A DNA stretch of 59,770 nucleotides. It comes from Candidatus Hydrogenedentales bacterium (GTDB lineage Bacteria > Hydrogenedentota > Hydrogenedentia > Hydrogenedentales > CAITNO01). Numbering within the stretch: position 1 is the stretch's first letter; each line of letters opens with the position of its first letter. The stretch covers positions 1-59,770 of the forward strand of contig JBHEKP010000286.1 in the NCBI GenBank assembly GCA_041859375.1. Direction: 5' to 3'. The translations under genes were made by a program, and so were the position numbers. The notes under the pieces were generated by a model. It did no database searches, had not been told where the DNA came from, and was given only the letters and a program-made list of their open reading frames with translations. Positions 8,607 through 18,699 of this stretch are shown here, piece after piece.

Positions 8607-11008
8607 GACCGGCCCTTTGACACCTTCCCGGACGCCGTGGACGCGGCCCTTTTTTTCCGGGGGGCGACACCTTTCGGGAAGGCGATTTTCAGGACATCAT
8701 CCACACGGTCCACCAAATGGAAGGAGATGTCCTTCATAACCTCCCCCGGCAGATCAGGAAAATCCTTTTCATTGTCGCGGGGCAGGATGATTGATTTAAT
8801 ACCCGCGCGGCGCGCCGCCAGCACCTTTTCCTTGATGCCGCCCACGGGCAACACCCTGCCCCTCAGGGTGATTTCGCCTGTCATGGACAGCGCGGGCGCG
8901 GGCGCCCGGTCCAGCAGCGCGGAAAGCATTGAAACGATCATCGCCACACCCGCCGACGGGCCGTCCTTGGGAATGGCGCCCTCGGGAACGTGGACATGCA
9001 TGTCCATGTTTTTGTAAAAACCGGCGGCTATGTCGAATTCGGCGGCGTGGGCGCGGATGTAGGTGTGCGCCGCGGCCGCGGATTCACGCATCACATTGCC
9101 AAGCTGGCCGGTCAGCAGCAGGTTGCCCTTTCCGGACATGATGGTGGTTTCCACCCGCAGGGTGTCCCCGCCCGTTGAGGTCCATGCCATGCCCACGGCC
9201 ACGCCGACATCGGGAACCGCGTCTTCCTGCGCGCCGGTAAACAGGGGCGGCCCGAGGAATTCAAACACCTCGGCCTCGTCCACGGTGAATTTCCTGCGTT
9301 TTTCACCGGATACAAGCCTCATCGCGAGCTTTCGAAGCGCCGCGGCGATAAACCTTTCCAGTTCCCGCACCCCCGCCTCGCGTGTGTACCGTTGGAGGAT
9401 GGTCTCCAGCGCCTTGTCCGTGAAGCGGATGGAAACCTTTTCAAGGCCGTTTTCACGGAGTTGCCTCGGGATCAGGAAATTGCGCGCTATCTGGCTTTTT
9501 TCCTCGCGGGTATAACCGGGAAGTCGGACGATTTCCATGCGGTCGTGGAGCGGTTCCGGTATTTCGTGCTCGTTGTTGGCGGTGGTGATGAAAAAGACCT
9601 CGGAGAGGTCAAACCCAATTTCAAGGAAGTGGTCGCTGAAATTCTTGTTCTGGGAGGGATCGAGCACCTCCAGCAGGGCCGAGGAGGGATCCCCACGGAA
9701 ATCCATGCTCATCTTGTCCACCTCGTCGAGCATGAACACGGGGTTTTTCACACCGGCGGTTTTCATGCCCTGGATGATGCGTCCGGGCAACGCGCCAACG
9801 TAGGTGCGCCTGTGGCCCCTGATTTCCGCCTCGTCCCGCACGCCGCCGAGGGAGACGCGGACGAATTTACGGCCCATGGCCCGGGCGACGGAGTGCCCCA
9901 GCGACGTTTTGCCGACCCCCGGCGGGCCGACAAGGCAGAGGATCGGCCCCTTGGCCTTGGAAGTCAGCTTCCGCACCGCGAGAAATTCAAGAATCCGCTC
10001 CTTGACCTTCACAAGCCCGAAATGGTCCTCATCCAGCACCTTCCGGGCCTTGGTCAGATTGATGGAGTCCCTGGTTCGTTTTGACCAGGGCATTTCGCAG
10101 AGGGACTCGATGTAGCCGCGCAGCACGGAGCTTTCAGGGCTCATGAAGGGCAGGCGCTCGTAGCGCGCCATTTCCCGTTCCGCCTTTTCCGCCACCTCGG
10201 CGGGCATTTTGGCGGCCCTGATCATCTCGCGCAGTTCCGCGAATTCGTTGACCGTGTCATCCTTGCCGCCCAGCTCCTGCTGGATGGCCTTCATCTGTTC
10301 CTGGAGGTAATGGGCGCGCTGGCCGCGCTCCATCTGCTCCCGCACCCTGCCCCGCACCTTGTGTTCGATGCGGGCGAGCTCGATTTCCCGCTCCAGCAGC
10401 ACGGAAATCTTTCCAAGCCTTTTTTTCACGTCCAGGCATTCAAGCAGATCCTGCCGCTCCTCCATGTTCACAAACAGGAAGGCGCAGATTGTGTCGGAGA
10501 AAACATCGGGCTCCTGCATGCCCTGTATGGCAAGGTAAACCTCGGGCGCAATACGCTGGGTCAGCCGGACATATTCCTCAAACTGGTGGAGCACGGCGCG
10601 CATCTGCCCCTCCACCTCCAACCCCTCAGGGTTGACTGATTCAATCTTCTCCACCAGGGCGGTCCAGGGGATGCTGTCAAGGGTGAACCGCTGCACCCTC
10701 CCGCGTCCAAGCCCCTCCACCACGATTTTCATGCTGCCGTCCGGCATCCGGAGGGCGTTGATGATTTTTGCCGCTGTTCCGATGCGGAACAATCCGTTTT
10801 CACCGGGCTCCTCGTCTTCCGGGTCGCGCTGGGTGCACAGAAACAGGGGGGCGCCCGCCTTGAGGCTCTCCTCGACTGCTCCGAGCGAAGCCTGCCGTCC
10901 GACAAAAAGAGGCACGACCATACGGGGGAAAACAACCGCATCCTTCAATGGAAGCAGCGGAAGCAATACTGTTTCCGGCAGCGGCCGTTTCGGTTTCCTT
11001 CTGGGCAT
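8603..11008 (-). CDS. lon: ATP-dependent Lon protease (LonA type)
   Basis: N-domain LPLLPLKDAVVFP, Walker A GPPGVGKTSLG, protease site PKDGPSAG. Start moved to ATG 11008 (MPRRKPK...) with AGGAG 7 nt upstream. Confidence 0.95.
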   Translation of the reverse strand: MPRRKPKRPLPETVLLPLLPLKDAVVFPRMVVPLFVGRQASLGAVEESLKAGAPLFLCTQRDPEDEEPGENGLFRIGTAAKIINALRMPDGSMKIVVEGLGRGRVQRFTLDSIPWTALVEKIESVNPEGLEVEGQMRAVLHQFEEYVRLTQRIAPEVYLAIQGMQEPDVFSDTICAFLFVNMEERQDLLECLDVKKRLGKISVLLEREIELARIEHKVRGRVREQMERGQRAHYLQEQMKAIQQELGGKDDTVNEFAELREMIRAAKMPAEVAEKAEREMARYERLPFMSPESSVLRGYIESLCEMPWSKRTRDSINLTKARKVLDEDHFGLVKVKERILEFLAVRKLTSKAKGPILCLVGPPGVGKTSLGHSVARAMGRKFVRVSLGGVRDEAEIRGHRRTYVGALPGRIIQGMKTAGVKNPVFMLDEVDKMSMDFRGDPSSALLEVLDPSQNKNFSDHFLEIGFDLSEVFFITTANNEHEIPEPLHDRMEIVRLPGYTREEKSQIARNFLIPRQLRENGLEKVSIRFTDKALETILQRYTREAGVRELERFIAAALRKLAMRLVSGEKRRKFTVDEAEVFEFLGPPLFTGAQEDAVPDVGVAVGMAWTSTGGDTLRVETTIMSGKGNLLLTGQLGNVMRESAAAAHTYIRAHAAEFDIAAGFYKNMDMHVHVPEGAIPKDGPSAGVAMIVSMLSALLDRAPAPALSMTGEITLRGRVLPVGGIKEKVLAARRAGIKSIILPRDNEKDFPDLPGEVMKDISFHLVDRVDDVLKIAFPKGVAPRKKRAASTASGKVSKGRS

Positions 11009-11065
11009 TGAGATACTCCTGTGATGATGGCGGTCCAAAAAAATGAGCCAAAAGACCGGTCTGAT

Positions 11066-11105
11066 ATTATAGTTTGCGCAGGGGAATATAACCACTTGTT
11101 TTCAA
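11066..11105 (-). promoter_or_regulatory. Candidate lon promoter region (heat-shock-like and sigma70-like elements)
   Basis: Minus strand reads TTGAAA (11105..11100), then 15 nt, then CCCCT (11084..11080), which resembles a sigma32-type -35/-10 pair. A perfect TATAAT lies at 11071..11066. Confidence 0.3.
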
Positions 11106-11141
11106 AAACGAATTGCCCCATAATTTAAACATCCCGGCGAA

Positions 11142-13301
11142 ATGAGCAAACTGTTAATATTTGATAAATGGGCGGGAGGAACAGAGGTCGACATGGACAT
11201 GCGGGGAGAAAACGAAAGTGTCACCGGCGGAATGCCGGAAATGGGGATGTTCCGAATTTACACGCCGATGATTTTGAGCGTCGTGATGTTTGGTGTCTTC
11301 CATGTCATTGGACGCGCATGCCACCGCATGGGGTACATGCCAATCGCCGTGAGTGATTTTATAACCCTGCTGCTTGTGTTGTTTTGGACATTTGCAACGA
11401 TTCACAGGATTCACCGGGCTTACAGGATTCCGTCCCTGACCTTTTTCTTGTCCATGGCATCGTTTTTCTTGGTTGTCGGACAGACAATCAACGTGATAAA
11501 CGGCATCAGTGCCCTGGATGGCGCCGTTGCGACGGCGGGTCTGCTTAATTCGTGGGTGCTGACCGCCAAGGAGGCGTCTTTTGTCACCGGCCTCACGATG
11601 ATGCTGGTTGCGTTGCTGCTTTCCCTCCTGCAGGCGCAGCGGATACGGGAAGCGCTTCAGGAGTCTTATCATACTGTTGAAAAGCAGGTGATTGAGCGGA
11701 CGAGGGAGCTCCGCGCGGCAAATGACACGCTTAAAAAGGAAATAGACGAGCGGGTGAGGGCGGAAAAAGCCCTGCGTGAAAGTGAGTCGAAATTCAGGGC
11801 GCTTGTTGAAAATTCAACAGACGCCGTATTGCGTCTGGACGAGCACGGGCGCCTGCTTTACGCAAACCACACGGCGGTTGAAATTTTTCCCGGTTTGACC
11901 CGCAATGAACATGCCATTTCAGGCAATAGTTTGTCTTTGTCCCCCGGTGGTGCGGAAAAATGGGAACGGACCTTTGCGCAGGCCCGGGATGCGGGGTGTC
12001 CGGCGGGCATTGAATGCGCCCATGCCGCCCCCGGGGTTGAATATGTGGACTGGCAGATAGTCCCCGAACCAAAAACAGGGGAGGAGGGCTCTGGGACGGT
12101 GCTTGCCATCGGCCGGGACGTCACAGAAAAGCACCACAAGGAGAATGAATACCGCAACCTGCAAAAACAGGTGCAGCAAAAGCAGAAGATGGAGTCGCTC
12201 GGCCTTCTCGCGGGGGGCATAGCCCATGACTTCAACAACATCCTGCAGGTGGTCATCGGTTATTTGGAGCTGGTGCTGAAGGAGAGCGAAATTGATCAAA
12301 ACGCGCGGTGGCGGCTTGAACATGTGGACAAGGCGTCCAAACGGGCGGCATCCCTGGTGGGACAACTGCTTTCCTTCAGCCGTCGGGGGGCGGTCATGCC
12401 CCGGCGGATTGATCTGTTTAATGAAATCATCGGTTCACTGCGGCTCCTTGACCGCATCATCGGGGAGGAGTACAAGATCCGTCTGGGTGTCGCGGAGCGG
12501 GGGCTCTTTGTTTACGCCGATCCGACCCATGTTTACCAGATCGTCATGAACCTGTGCCTTAACTCGCGGGATGCCATGTCCGGGGGGGGCGACATCCATG
12601 TGAGGCTTCGGCGGGAACTGCTTGCCGAGGGCGGGGAGCTTGGGGCCGAACCCGGAAATTACGCGGTCGTTTCCGTTTCTGACACGGGGACGGGGATGCC
12701 CCCCGAAGTGGTCGAAAAAATATTTGATCCCTTTTTCACGACCAAAGACACCGGCAAGGGGACAGGACTCGGCCTGCCCACTGTCTACGGGATTGTCCGG
12801 CAGTACGGCGGCTTTATCCGCGTGTTTACCGAGCCGGGGGTGGGCACCGAGTTTCAGGTGTTTCTGCCGGAGTCAACCGGCCAGGAGGGCGTGCAGGAGG
12901 AGACGGAGAAACGCCTTTCCCCGCCCGCGGGAATGGGTGCGCGCATTCTTGTCGCGGAGGATGATCCGGAAGTGCTGGAATTTACCGGACAGCTTCTTGA
13001 GGGCGCCGGGTACCGGGTTACCACGGCGCGGGACGGCACGGAGGCGCTGAACATCATTGAATCCTCCAGGGAACCGTTTGATTTGCACATTCTCGACTTT
13101 GTCATGCCCGGTATCACGGGCGGGCAGGTGTGGGAAAGATTGAGGAAAATCCGGCCCGACGCGTGTGCCGTGTTCATAAGCGGCTATTCGGAAAGACCGC
13201 TCCCGTCTGATTTGCTCAGCGACAAGACAGCCGTCCTCGTGAAGCCCGTTTCGCCCGCGGAGCTGTTGGGCAGGGTGCGCTCGATGCTTGCGGGAGGCTG
13301 A
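11142..13301 (+). CDS. Hybrid sensor histidine kinase (multi-TM sensor, coiled coil, PAS, HisKA, HATPase, C-terminal receiver)
   Basis: Hydrophobic N-terminus, H-box [14 protein letters not shown], HATPase G-boxes DTGTGM and GTGLGL, receiver [10 protein letters not shown]...[12 protein letters not shown]. The start is uncertain; 11193 is an alternative. Confidence 0.9.
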   Translation: MSKLLIFDKWAGGTEVDMDMRGENESVTGGMPEMGMFRIYTPMILSVVMFGVFHVIGRACHRMGYMPIAVSDFITLLLVLFWTFATIHRIHRAYRIPSLTFFLSMASFFLVVGQTINVINGISALDGAVATAGLLNSWVLTAKEASFVTGLTMMLVALLLSLLQAQRIREALQESYHTVEKQVIERTRELRAANDTLKKEIDERVRAEKALRESESKFRALVENSTDAVLRLDEHGRLLYANHTAVEIFPGLTRNEHAISGNSLSLSPGGAEKWERTFAQARDAGCPAGIECAHAAPGVEYVDWQIVPEPKTGEEGSGTVLAIGRDVTEKHHKENEYRNLQKQVQQKQKMESLGLLAGGIAHDFNNILQVVIGYLELVLKESEIDQNARWRLEHVDKASKRAASLVGQLLSFSRRGAVMPRRIDLFNEIIGSLRLLDRIIGEEYKIRLGVAERGLFVYADPTHVYQIVMNLCLNSRDAMSGGGDIHVRLRRELLAEGGELGAEPGNYAVVSVSDTGTGMPPEVVEKIFDPFFTTKDTGKGTGLGLPTVYGIVRQYGGFIRVFTEPGVGTEFQVFLPESTGQEGVQEETEKRLSPPAGMGARILVAEDDPEVLEFTGQLLEGAGYRVTTARDGTEALNIIESSREPFDLHILDFVMPGITGGQVWERLRKIRPDACAVFISGYSERPLPSDLLSDKTAVLVKPVSPAELLGRVRSMLAGG

Positions 13302-13381
13302 ACCATCCGGTCGGCCCCGCCGACCCCGGGGGATGCCGCGCCTGGTTCAGGGACGCGGTCTGCCCCTGCCTCGCAAAATGC

Positions 13382-13410
13382 TTGTTGAACGCATGCCCCT
13401 TGGCTATAAT
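13382..13410 (+). promoter_or_regulatory. Candidate sigma70-type promoter
   Basis: TTGTTG (13382..13387), 17-nt spacer, perfect TATAAT (13405..13410), about 50 nt upstream of the next CDS. Confidence 0.4.
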
Positions 13411-13462
13411 GATGCTTTGAACCAGCCGCTCTGCGTGGTGAATGCAGAAGGAGAAGCGTGAG

Positions 13463-15301
13463 ATGCGACATGGGGCTAGCCTGCTGGCTTCGCTGGAGGG
13501 CATGAGCCGCACCACCTACCGGATTGCGAGGGAGCTTGCCAACAACAGCCGGTCGGGATTGACGGTGCGCTTTCTCTCCAAGAAGCTCGACATACCCGAG
13601 GAGGAGATTGAATACCTCCTGGATGTCAACCACAGGCTCATGTTCACCGATCTCACGAAGATTAAGCTTGTGCCGGAGGGGCACAGCGCCCTGAAGCGGA
13701 TTGGGGACGGGCTTGAGAACCACGGCGACATCCCCTCCCTCGTCAACCGCGTGAAATCCCTGGAGCCCCATGACTTCAGGCGGCTTGAGGAACGCCTGGG
13801 CGTCGACCAGCCCCTTTCAAAAAAGGCGGCCGCCGAGCTGATGATCGAAAAGTACTACAAGCACCCCGACTCAATCCTCAACTATGTGGCGACGCGCGGG
13901 TTTTCGAGCCGCGCCCGGGAGGTGTTTGACATCCTCTGGCAGTCCCGCGACGGGGTCATGCCCGTCTCCCAGATACGCGCGGCGCAGGGGGGCAGCGAAT
14001 ACGAGGTCGAGCAGGCGCTTTGGGAACTGTCGCAGGGCTTCGCCACATTTGAAATGTTCCGCTTTGACGGCGAGGATCGTCTGGTGAGGGTTCAGGGGCT
14101 CCTTTCGGAAATAAGGCAGTACCGGAAGTCGGCGGAGTACTCCTCCGGCGGCGCGGGGGCCCGGCTGAAAACAGTGCGCAGCCACGTGGACGGCGTGGAG
14201 CGGAGGGAATTGGGCGTTTCGGACACGCTGTGCAGGCTGGTGGCGCTCATTTCGGCAAGACCCGCCCGGCTGCGGAGCGACGGGGAGCTTTTCCGCGAGG
14301 ACCGGCGCAGGCTGGAGGATGTGTGCGGCGATGAGGAGGAGCCCTCGCTTAACACCTGCCTGTGGATTGCCTCCGGCCTGGGATGGCTCAACACGGTGGA
14401 TTCGGCCCTGGTGGCTGCGGACATATCCCCCATCATCGGCATGAGCAGGATTGCCAGGCACCGCCTGGTCCATGACTGGCTGATGGCAAGGCCGGACGAG
14501 GCCGCCCCCCGCAAAATGCTGGAGAGCGTTCTTGAGGAAATGCGGCCGGACACATGGTATCCCCTCACTGAGTTCATCGCCTATGCGATGGGAAAGAACA
14601 AGTCCCAGGCCAGGCCCGTCCTGAAAGCGGCGGGCGCCCACTACGAATACATGGGGCCATCCATGTCCGGAAGGGGTGAGAACCGGCTTGCGCGCATGCT
14701 GGAGGAGTCCCTGTTCTGGCTGGGCGCCGTGGAACGGGGAACCGCGGAGGGCGACACATGCTTCCGGATTTCCCCCATCGGACAGGTGCTCCTTTGCGGC
14801 GCGCCCGACGCGTCCATCTCGGAAAAGTATCCGGAGCGGCGGAGTGAGATTGTCGTGCAGCCCAATTTTGACATTGTCGCGCCCGTGCAGGACATGGATC
14901 CCCTGCTCACGGTGCCCCTTGATCAGTTCGCCGTGAGAATGAGCATGGGCAAGGTGGCCGTGTACAGCCTGAACAAGGAGTCCTTTCTGCAGGCGATTCA
15001 GAACGGGCAGAACGCGCAGGTCTTCATGGAGTACCTCATCAGCCACAACCGGGGCGGGACGCTCCCGTCAAATGTCCTTGCCACCCTTGAGGACTGGGGG
15101 GGCGCGGTAAAGCGCGTGCGGCTGCGCACCTACCATGTGATTGAGTCCGATGATCCCCTTGTCATGGCAGACCTGGCCCACCGCCGCAAACTGGGCCGGT
15201 ATCTTGAGCCGTTGGATCCGCACAAGGTGACGCGGTACACGGAAACCACCAAGGCCGAGATGGAAAAAATGCTGGAAAAAGAGGGGTTCATAGTTGAATA
15301 A
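13463..15301 (+). CDS. Hypothetical protein; the C-terminal part resembles the XPB/Ssl2 N-terminal helicase-associated domain (Helicase_C_3-like)
   Basis: C-terminal block VVQPNFDIVAPVQDMDPLLTVPLDQFAV...YSLNKESFLQAIQNGQNAQVFMEYLISHNRGGTLPSNVLATLEDWGG matches my memory of that domain. The N-terminus looks winged-helix-like. ATG 13463 has AAGGAG 9 nt upstream; the track start is 13442. Confidence 0.6.
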   Translation: MRHGASLLASLEGMSRTTYRIARELANNSRSGLTVRFLSKKLDIPEEEIEYLLDVNHRLMFTDLTKIKLVPEGHSALKRIGDGLENHGDIPSLVNRVKSLEPHDFRRLEERLGVDQPLSKKAAAELMIEKYYKHPDSILNYVATRGFSSRAREVFDILWQSRDGVMPVSQIRAAQGGSEYEVEQALWELSQGFATFEMFRFDGEDRLVRVQGLLSEIRQYRKSAEYSSGGAGARLKTVRSHVDGVERRELGVSDTLCRLVALISARPARLRSDGELFREDRRRLEDVCGDEEEPSLNTCLWIASGLGWLNTVDSALVAADISPIIGMSRIARHRLVHDWLMARPDEAAPRKMLESVLEEMRPDTWYPLTEFIAYAMGKNKSQARPVLKAAGAHYEYMGPSMSGRGENRLARMLEESLFWLGAVERGTAEGDTCFRISPIGQVLLCGAPDASISEKYPERRSEIVVQPNFDIVAPVQDMDPLLTVPLDQFAVRMSMGKVAVYSLNKESFLQAIQNGQNAQVFMEYLISHNRGGTLPSNVLATLEDWGGAVKRVRLRTYHVIESDDPLVMADLAHRRKLGRYLEPLDPHKVTRYTETTKAEMEKMLEKEGFIVE

Positions 15302-15374
15302 CCCCCGGTGTTTTCGGCATCCCCCCTGTACTATCATTTCTGGCCGGCGCTTTTGCCTGACGGGAAATATTTAG

Positions 15375-16100
15375 ATGCAACTGTTCAACAACGCCGGAAA
15401 AATCATCGCGCATAATCCGGGCGCGACCTTGGGTTTTGTGGCGGGTTCGGTCGCGCTCAACTCGCTTTACAGGGTGGTTGACGGACATCTCACCGCCAAC
15501 CCGTCAGACATGGAGGGTTTTTTCCGGTTCGGGCTGATAATCTTCCTGTCCGTGTCGGGCGCGGTGCTCTACCCGGTGTTTATGGCGCGGTACGGCAACG
15601 CGCTGGATCCGATCCTATGGCGTTGCAGGGGGGTGAAACAGGCCGTGGGCTCTTTTTTTCTGCCATGGCTGATAATTAACCTGCTGAGTATGACGGTTCA
15701 TTCGTTCCACCTGCAGGCGGTGCTTTCCGGAAACGGCGATGCGTCCGCGGCCATGGAACTGCTTTCAATGCTCTTGAACATGGTTGCGGTGCCGGCGGGG
15801 GCGTGCATCATGTTTTCCGGACGGTTTGAATGGCGGTCGCTGGGCGGGGCGCTTGCGCCCATGGCGAGAAACCTTGCGCCCGCGATGCTTGTTTTCATGC
15901 TCTGCCTGTTTCAGTGGTACCTGCTTTTGCTCAGGGCTTCCGCCCTCGACGAGTCCGGGGCGGGCGCCCTGCTGATCGCGGGCGTCACGGACATTCCTTT
16001 TTGCCTGCTCGACTGCATGGCGTTTGTCATGATGTGGCAGGTGTGCCAGATTGACCGGGAGCGGCAGCAACAGGGAGATTTTGATGAGGATGATTTCTAG
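15375..16100 (+). CDS. Hypothetical integral membrane protein (about 6 TM segments)
   Basis: 241 aa with repeated hydrophobic segments and an acidic C-terminal tail DFDEDDF. Confidence 0.6.
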   Translation: MQLFNNAGKIIAHNPGATLGFVAGSVALNSLYRVVDGHLTANPSDMEGFFRFGLIIFLSVSGAVLYPVFMARYGNALDPILWRCRGVKQAVGSFFLPWLIINLLSMTVHSFHLQAVLSGNGDASAAMELLSMLLNMVAVPAGACIMFSGRFEWRSLGGALAPMARNLAPAMLVFMLCLFQWYLLLLRASALDESGAGALLIAGVTDIPFCLLDCMAFVMMWQVCQIDRERQQQGDFDEDDF

Positions 16101-17331
16101 ACAGCGGCGTTTGGCCCTCCCAATCATATGCGTATTGGCGGCGTTTTGCGCGGGGGCGCAGACTTCGTGGGAGATTGTTCCCCCGGAATGCTATCTTGCC
16201 GCCGAAAAAGTCATTGAGGTGAAGGTCACGGGCTTTGAGCACTCACTGGCGGGCACGAAGCCACGCCGTCCTGCGGTTGATGAATTTATTCCCGCCATGC
16301 CATATTCCATCGTGCTCGTGTCCACCGGCGCCGTGTTAAATGACAAGCCGGTGAAAATGACACTGGATGGGTTGACCAGCGCGCCATGGATGCCCAAAGA
16401 CGGGCAAAAAGCACTGATGCTGGTGCGCAGGGAACAGTTTTCCCTTGTTCCCACATGTCCGTTCCCCGAAGAGGGATTTTTTCCCATCACAGATGACGGC
16501 CGGGTTGAATTCCCCCCCTACTCCGGGCAGTTCCTTCCCGTTGACGCGGTGAGGGGGATGATAGAAATGATCCTTCCGGACGGGAGGGAAGGCGCGGAGA
16601 ATGGTGTGACACGGTTGGTTGCCGGATTGGACCCGGGGACAACGGCGGAAAAATCTGCCTTGCTGTACTTGCTGCAAGCGGTCCGGCCGGTTTCCGAATC
16701 CGCCGCGATTGCGGCATTGAAGCAGATAACAGAAGGGTATCAGGCGGCATCCGCCGGAGACGGTCAGGCAAGGAATGAATACCTTGTGCTGACACAGTAC
16801 GCCGTCCCGCTTCTTTCACCTGAAGGACTGGGGGCCTTTTACGGGTTGGCCAAAAGTGACATTATGACTGTCAGTCCGGTGTTTCCGCCGCGAAAGATAC
16901 TGCCCGTGCTTGCCAAAGCCGTGGCTTGCGCCGGGGAGGGAAAGAAGGGGGAAATGCTGGTGTTTTTGTTTGGAATGCACGAGGTTGACGGGGCGGATGG
17001 CAAAACTGAGATCAGGCGCTATGTTTCCTCCCTGCGCGAGGTCAGGGAATGGATTGCCCCGCTAAACGACCCGGAAACAACCGAATTTCTGCGCCAAATG
17101 GCGGTTAACCCCAAAAAGTGGGCGGGAATTGCCAGTTTTGACGACATGTCGGCCCTTTGGGAACTTCTGCTGGCAAGGGATTCGGCTTTCCTGGCGGACC
17201 ATTTGCGGGGTATCGCATCACAGAAAAACATGCCTGATTTGCCTTTTACCAGCGCGGCCTCGCAATTGGAGATTCTGAGGGTAAACGCCACAAATTTCCT
17301 GAAGGAAAACCCGGTGGCCCCGTCGGAGTAA
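16084..17331 (+). CDS. Hypothetical exported protein, helical C-terminal half
   Basis: Signal-peptide-like MRMISRQRRLALPIICVLAAFCAGAQ. Overlaps the previous gene by 17 nt. The track ORF starts at 16051. Confidence 0.6.
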   Translation: MRMISRQRRLALPIICVLAAFCAGAQTSWEIVPPECYLAAEKVIEVKVTGFEHSLAGTKPRRPAVDEFIPAMPYSIVLVSTGAVLNDKPVKMTLDGLTSAPWMPKDGQKALMLVRREQFSLVPTCPFPEEGFFPITDDGRVEFPPYSGQFLPVDAVRGMIEMILPDGREGAENGVTRLVAGLDPGTTAEKSALLYLLQAVRPVSESAAIAALKQITEGYQAASAGDGQARNEYLVLTQYAVPLLSPEGLGAFYGLAKSDIMTVSPVFPPRKILPVLAKAVACAGEGKKGEMLVFLFGMHEVDGADGKTEIRRYVSSLREVREWIAPLNDPETTEFLRQMAVNPKKWAGIASFDDMSALWELLLARDSAFLADHLRGIASQKNMPDLPFTSAASQLEILRVNATNFLKENPVAPSE

Positions 17332-17334
17332 ACC

Positions 17335-18642
17335 ATGCCCATCCCTGTCACAATGCCCTACGGCCCCAAGATGGTGGACGCGATACTTCCTCATGGGAAC
17401 CTGCTGGGAACCCTGGAGGTGCCCGCGGTTGGCGTGTGCGCAAGTCCCGGGGCGCTGCTTGCCGGTGCGTTGGAAAACCCCTCCGGAATGCAGGGGCATG
17501 GACTGGACGGGTTCCTGCCAGGCGACAGGGTCGTCATTGTGGTGTCCGACATCTTCCGCCGCACCGGAATGGAAATCCTCCTCCCCGCCCTCCTGGAAGG
17601 CCTTGGCCGGCGGGGTGTTTCGCCGGAGGACATCCATTTTCTGGTTGCGACCGGAGTTCACAGGCCTTCCACAAGCGGCGAGATATGCCAGATTCTGGGC
17701 GCTGAGGTGCATGCGCGGCATGCATGCAGGGTCACAGTGCACAATGCGTACGACAGGGAAAGCCTCTCCTTTCTGGGAAGGACCAGCCGGGGAACGCCGG
17801 TGTGGATTAACAGGATGGTCCTCCCCCCCGCGAAAGTTATCCTCACCGGCACGGTTGTGCTGCATTACTTTGCCGGGTTTGGCGGCGGGCGCAAGTCGCT
17901 GGTGCCGGGGGTTGCCGGTGAGGAGACGATTTCCGCGAACCATTCACTAAACCTGGATCCGGTTCATGAACGGCTGAATCCGGCGGTGCGGATTGGGGTG
18001 ACGGCGGGCAACCCCGTGGCCGAGGATATGCATGAGGCTGCCGCCATGGTGCCCGTCGCGCTGGTGGTGAACACCGTGCTTGCGCCTGACGGGGGTGTTG
18101 CCGGTGTTTTTGCGGGCGACCGTGACGCGGCGCACAGTGATGCCTGCGCGGCGGCGGCGGGCATGTATGTGCGTGAAATCGGCTGTCAGGCCGATCTGGT
18201 TGTCGCCTCCTCGGGGGGGGCAAGAAATTTTATCCAAAGCCACAAGGCCCTGTTCAACGCCTGGCAGGCATTGAGGCCGGGCGGGGTCATGGTTTTCCTC
18301 GCTCCCGCCAGCGAGGGGCTGGGCACGGAGCGGTTCCGTGAATGGCTTTCGTTGGGCAGCCCCGGCGAGGTGATGCGCGCCCTGCGCACCCGTGCCGAAA
18401 TCAACGGCCAGACGGCGTTGTCCACGCTTGGCAAGGCACCCTCCGCGGTGATGGTCACGGAAATGACGGAGCAGGACACGGCGGCAACCGGCGCGGAAAA
18501 GGCACCGGGGTTTCAGGAGGCGGTTGACCGGGCTTTTGTCCGGCTGCGTGCGTCGGGGATTGATTCTCCCTCCGTGCTGCTGATGCCCCATGCCTCCCAT
18601 ACCGTGCCGGAACTGCGCGGGGTGGCGGCGAAAAACCTGTGA
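17335..18642 (+). CDS. LarA-like (lactate racemase N-terminal domain / DUF2088 family) protein
   Basis: VVSDIFRRTG, HFLVATGVHRP, and the hallmark HYFAGFGGGRKSLVPGV block. Starts 4 nt after the previous stop. Confidence 0.75.
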   Translation: MPIPVTMPYGPKMVDAILPHGNLLGTLEVPAVGVCASPGALLAGALENPSGMQGHGLDGFLPGDRVVIVVSDIFRRTGMEILLPALLEGLGRRGVSPEDIHFLVATGVHRPSTSGEICQILGAEVHARHACRVTVHNAYDRESLSFLGRTSRGTPVWINRMVLPPAKVILTGTVVLHYFAGFGGGRKSLVPGVAGEETISANHSLNLDPVHERLNPAVRIGVTAGNPVAEDMHEAAAMVPVALVVNTVLAPDGGVAGVFAGDRDAAHSDACAAAAGMYVREIGCQADLVVASSGGARNFIQSHKALFNAWQALRPGGVMVFLAPASEGLGTERFREWLSLGSPGEVMRALRTRAEINGQTALSTLGKAPSAVMVTEMTEQDTAATGAEKAPGFQEAVDRAFVRLRASGIDSPSVLLMPHASHTVPELRGVAAKNL

Positions 18643-18699
18643 AAAGCCCCCGCCTTGGCGGTATCATAGACGCCGGAACAACAACCGGGAACCCAGTTA

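Noticed and set aside
13871-15046. 391-aa minus-strand ORF inside the XPB-N-like gene. Similar long antisense ORFs lie at 19167..20288, 21117..22445, 24950..25996, 26131..27078, 28615..30240, 31491..32597, 37904..39268, 40370..41218, 50296..51516, 52512..53480, 53590..55011, 56350..57933 and 58171..59328.
   Set aside because: All lie antisense to genes with clear motifs or signal peptides. They share the same low-complexity Arg/Gly/Ala/His/Pro bias and lack plausible RBS and start contexts.
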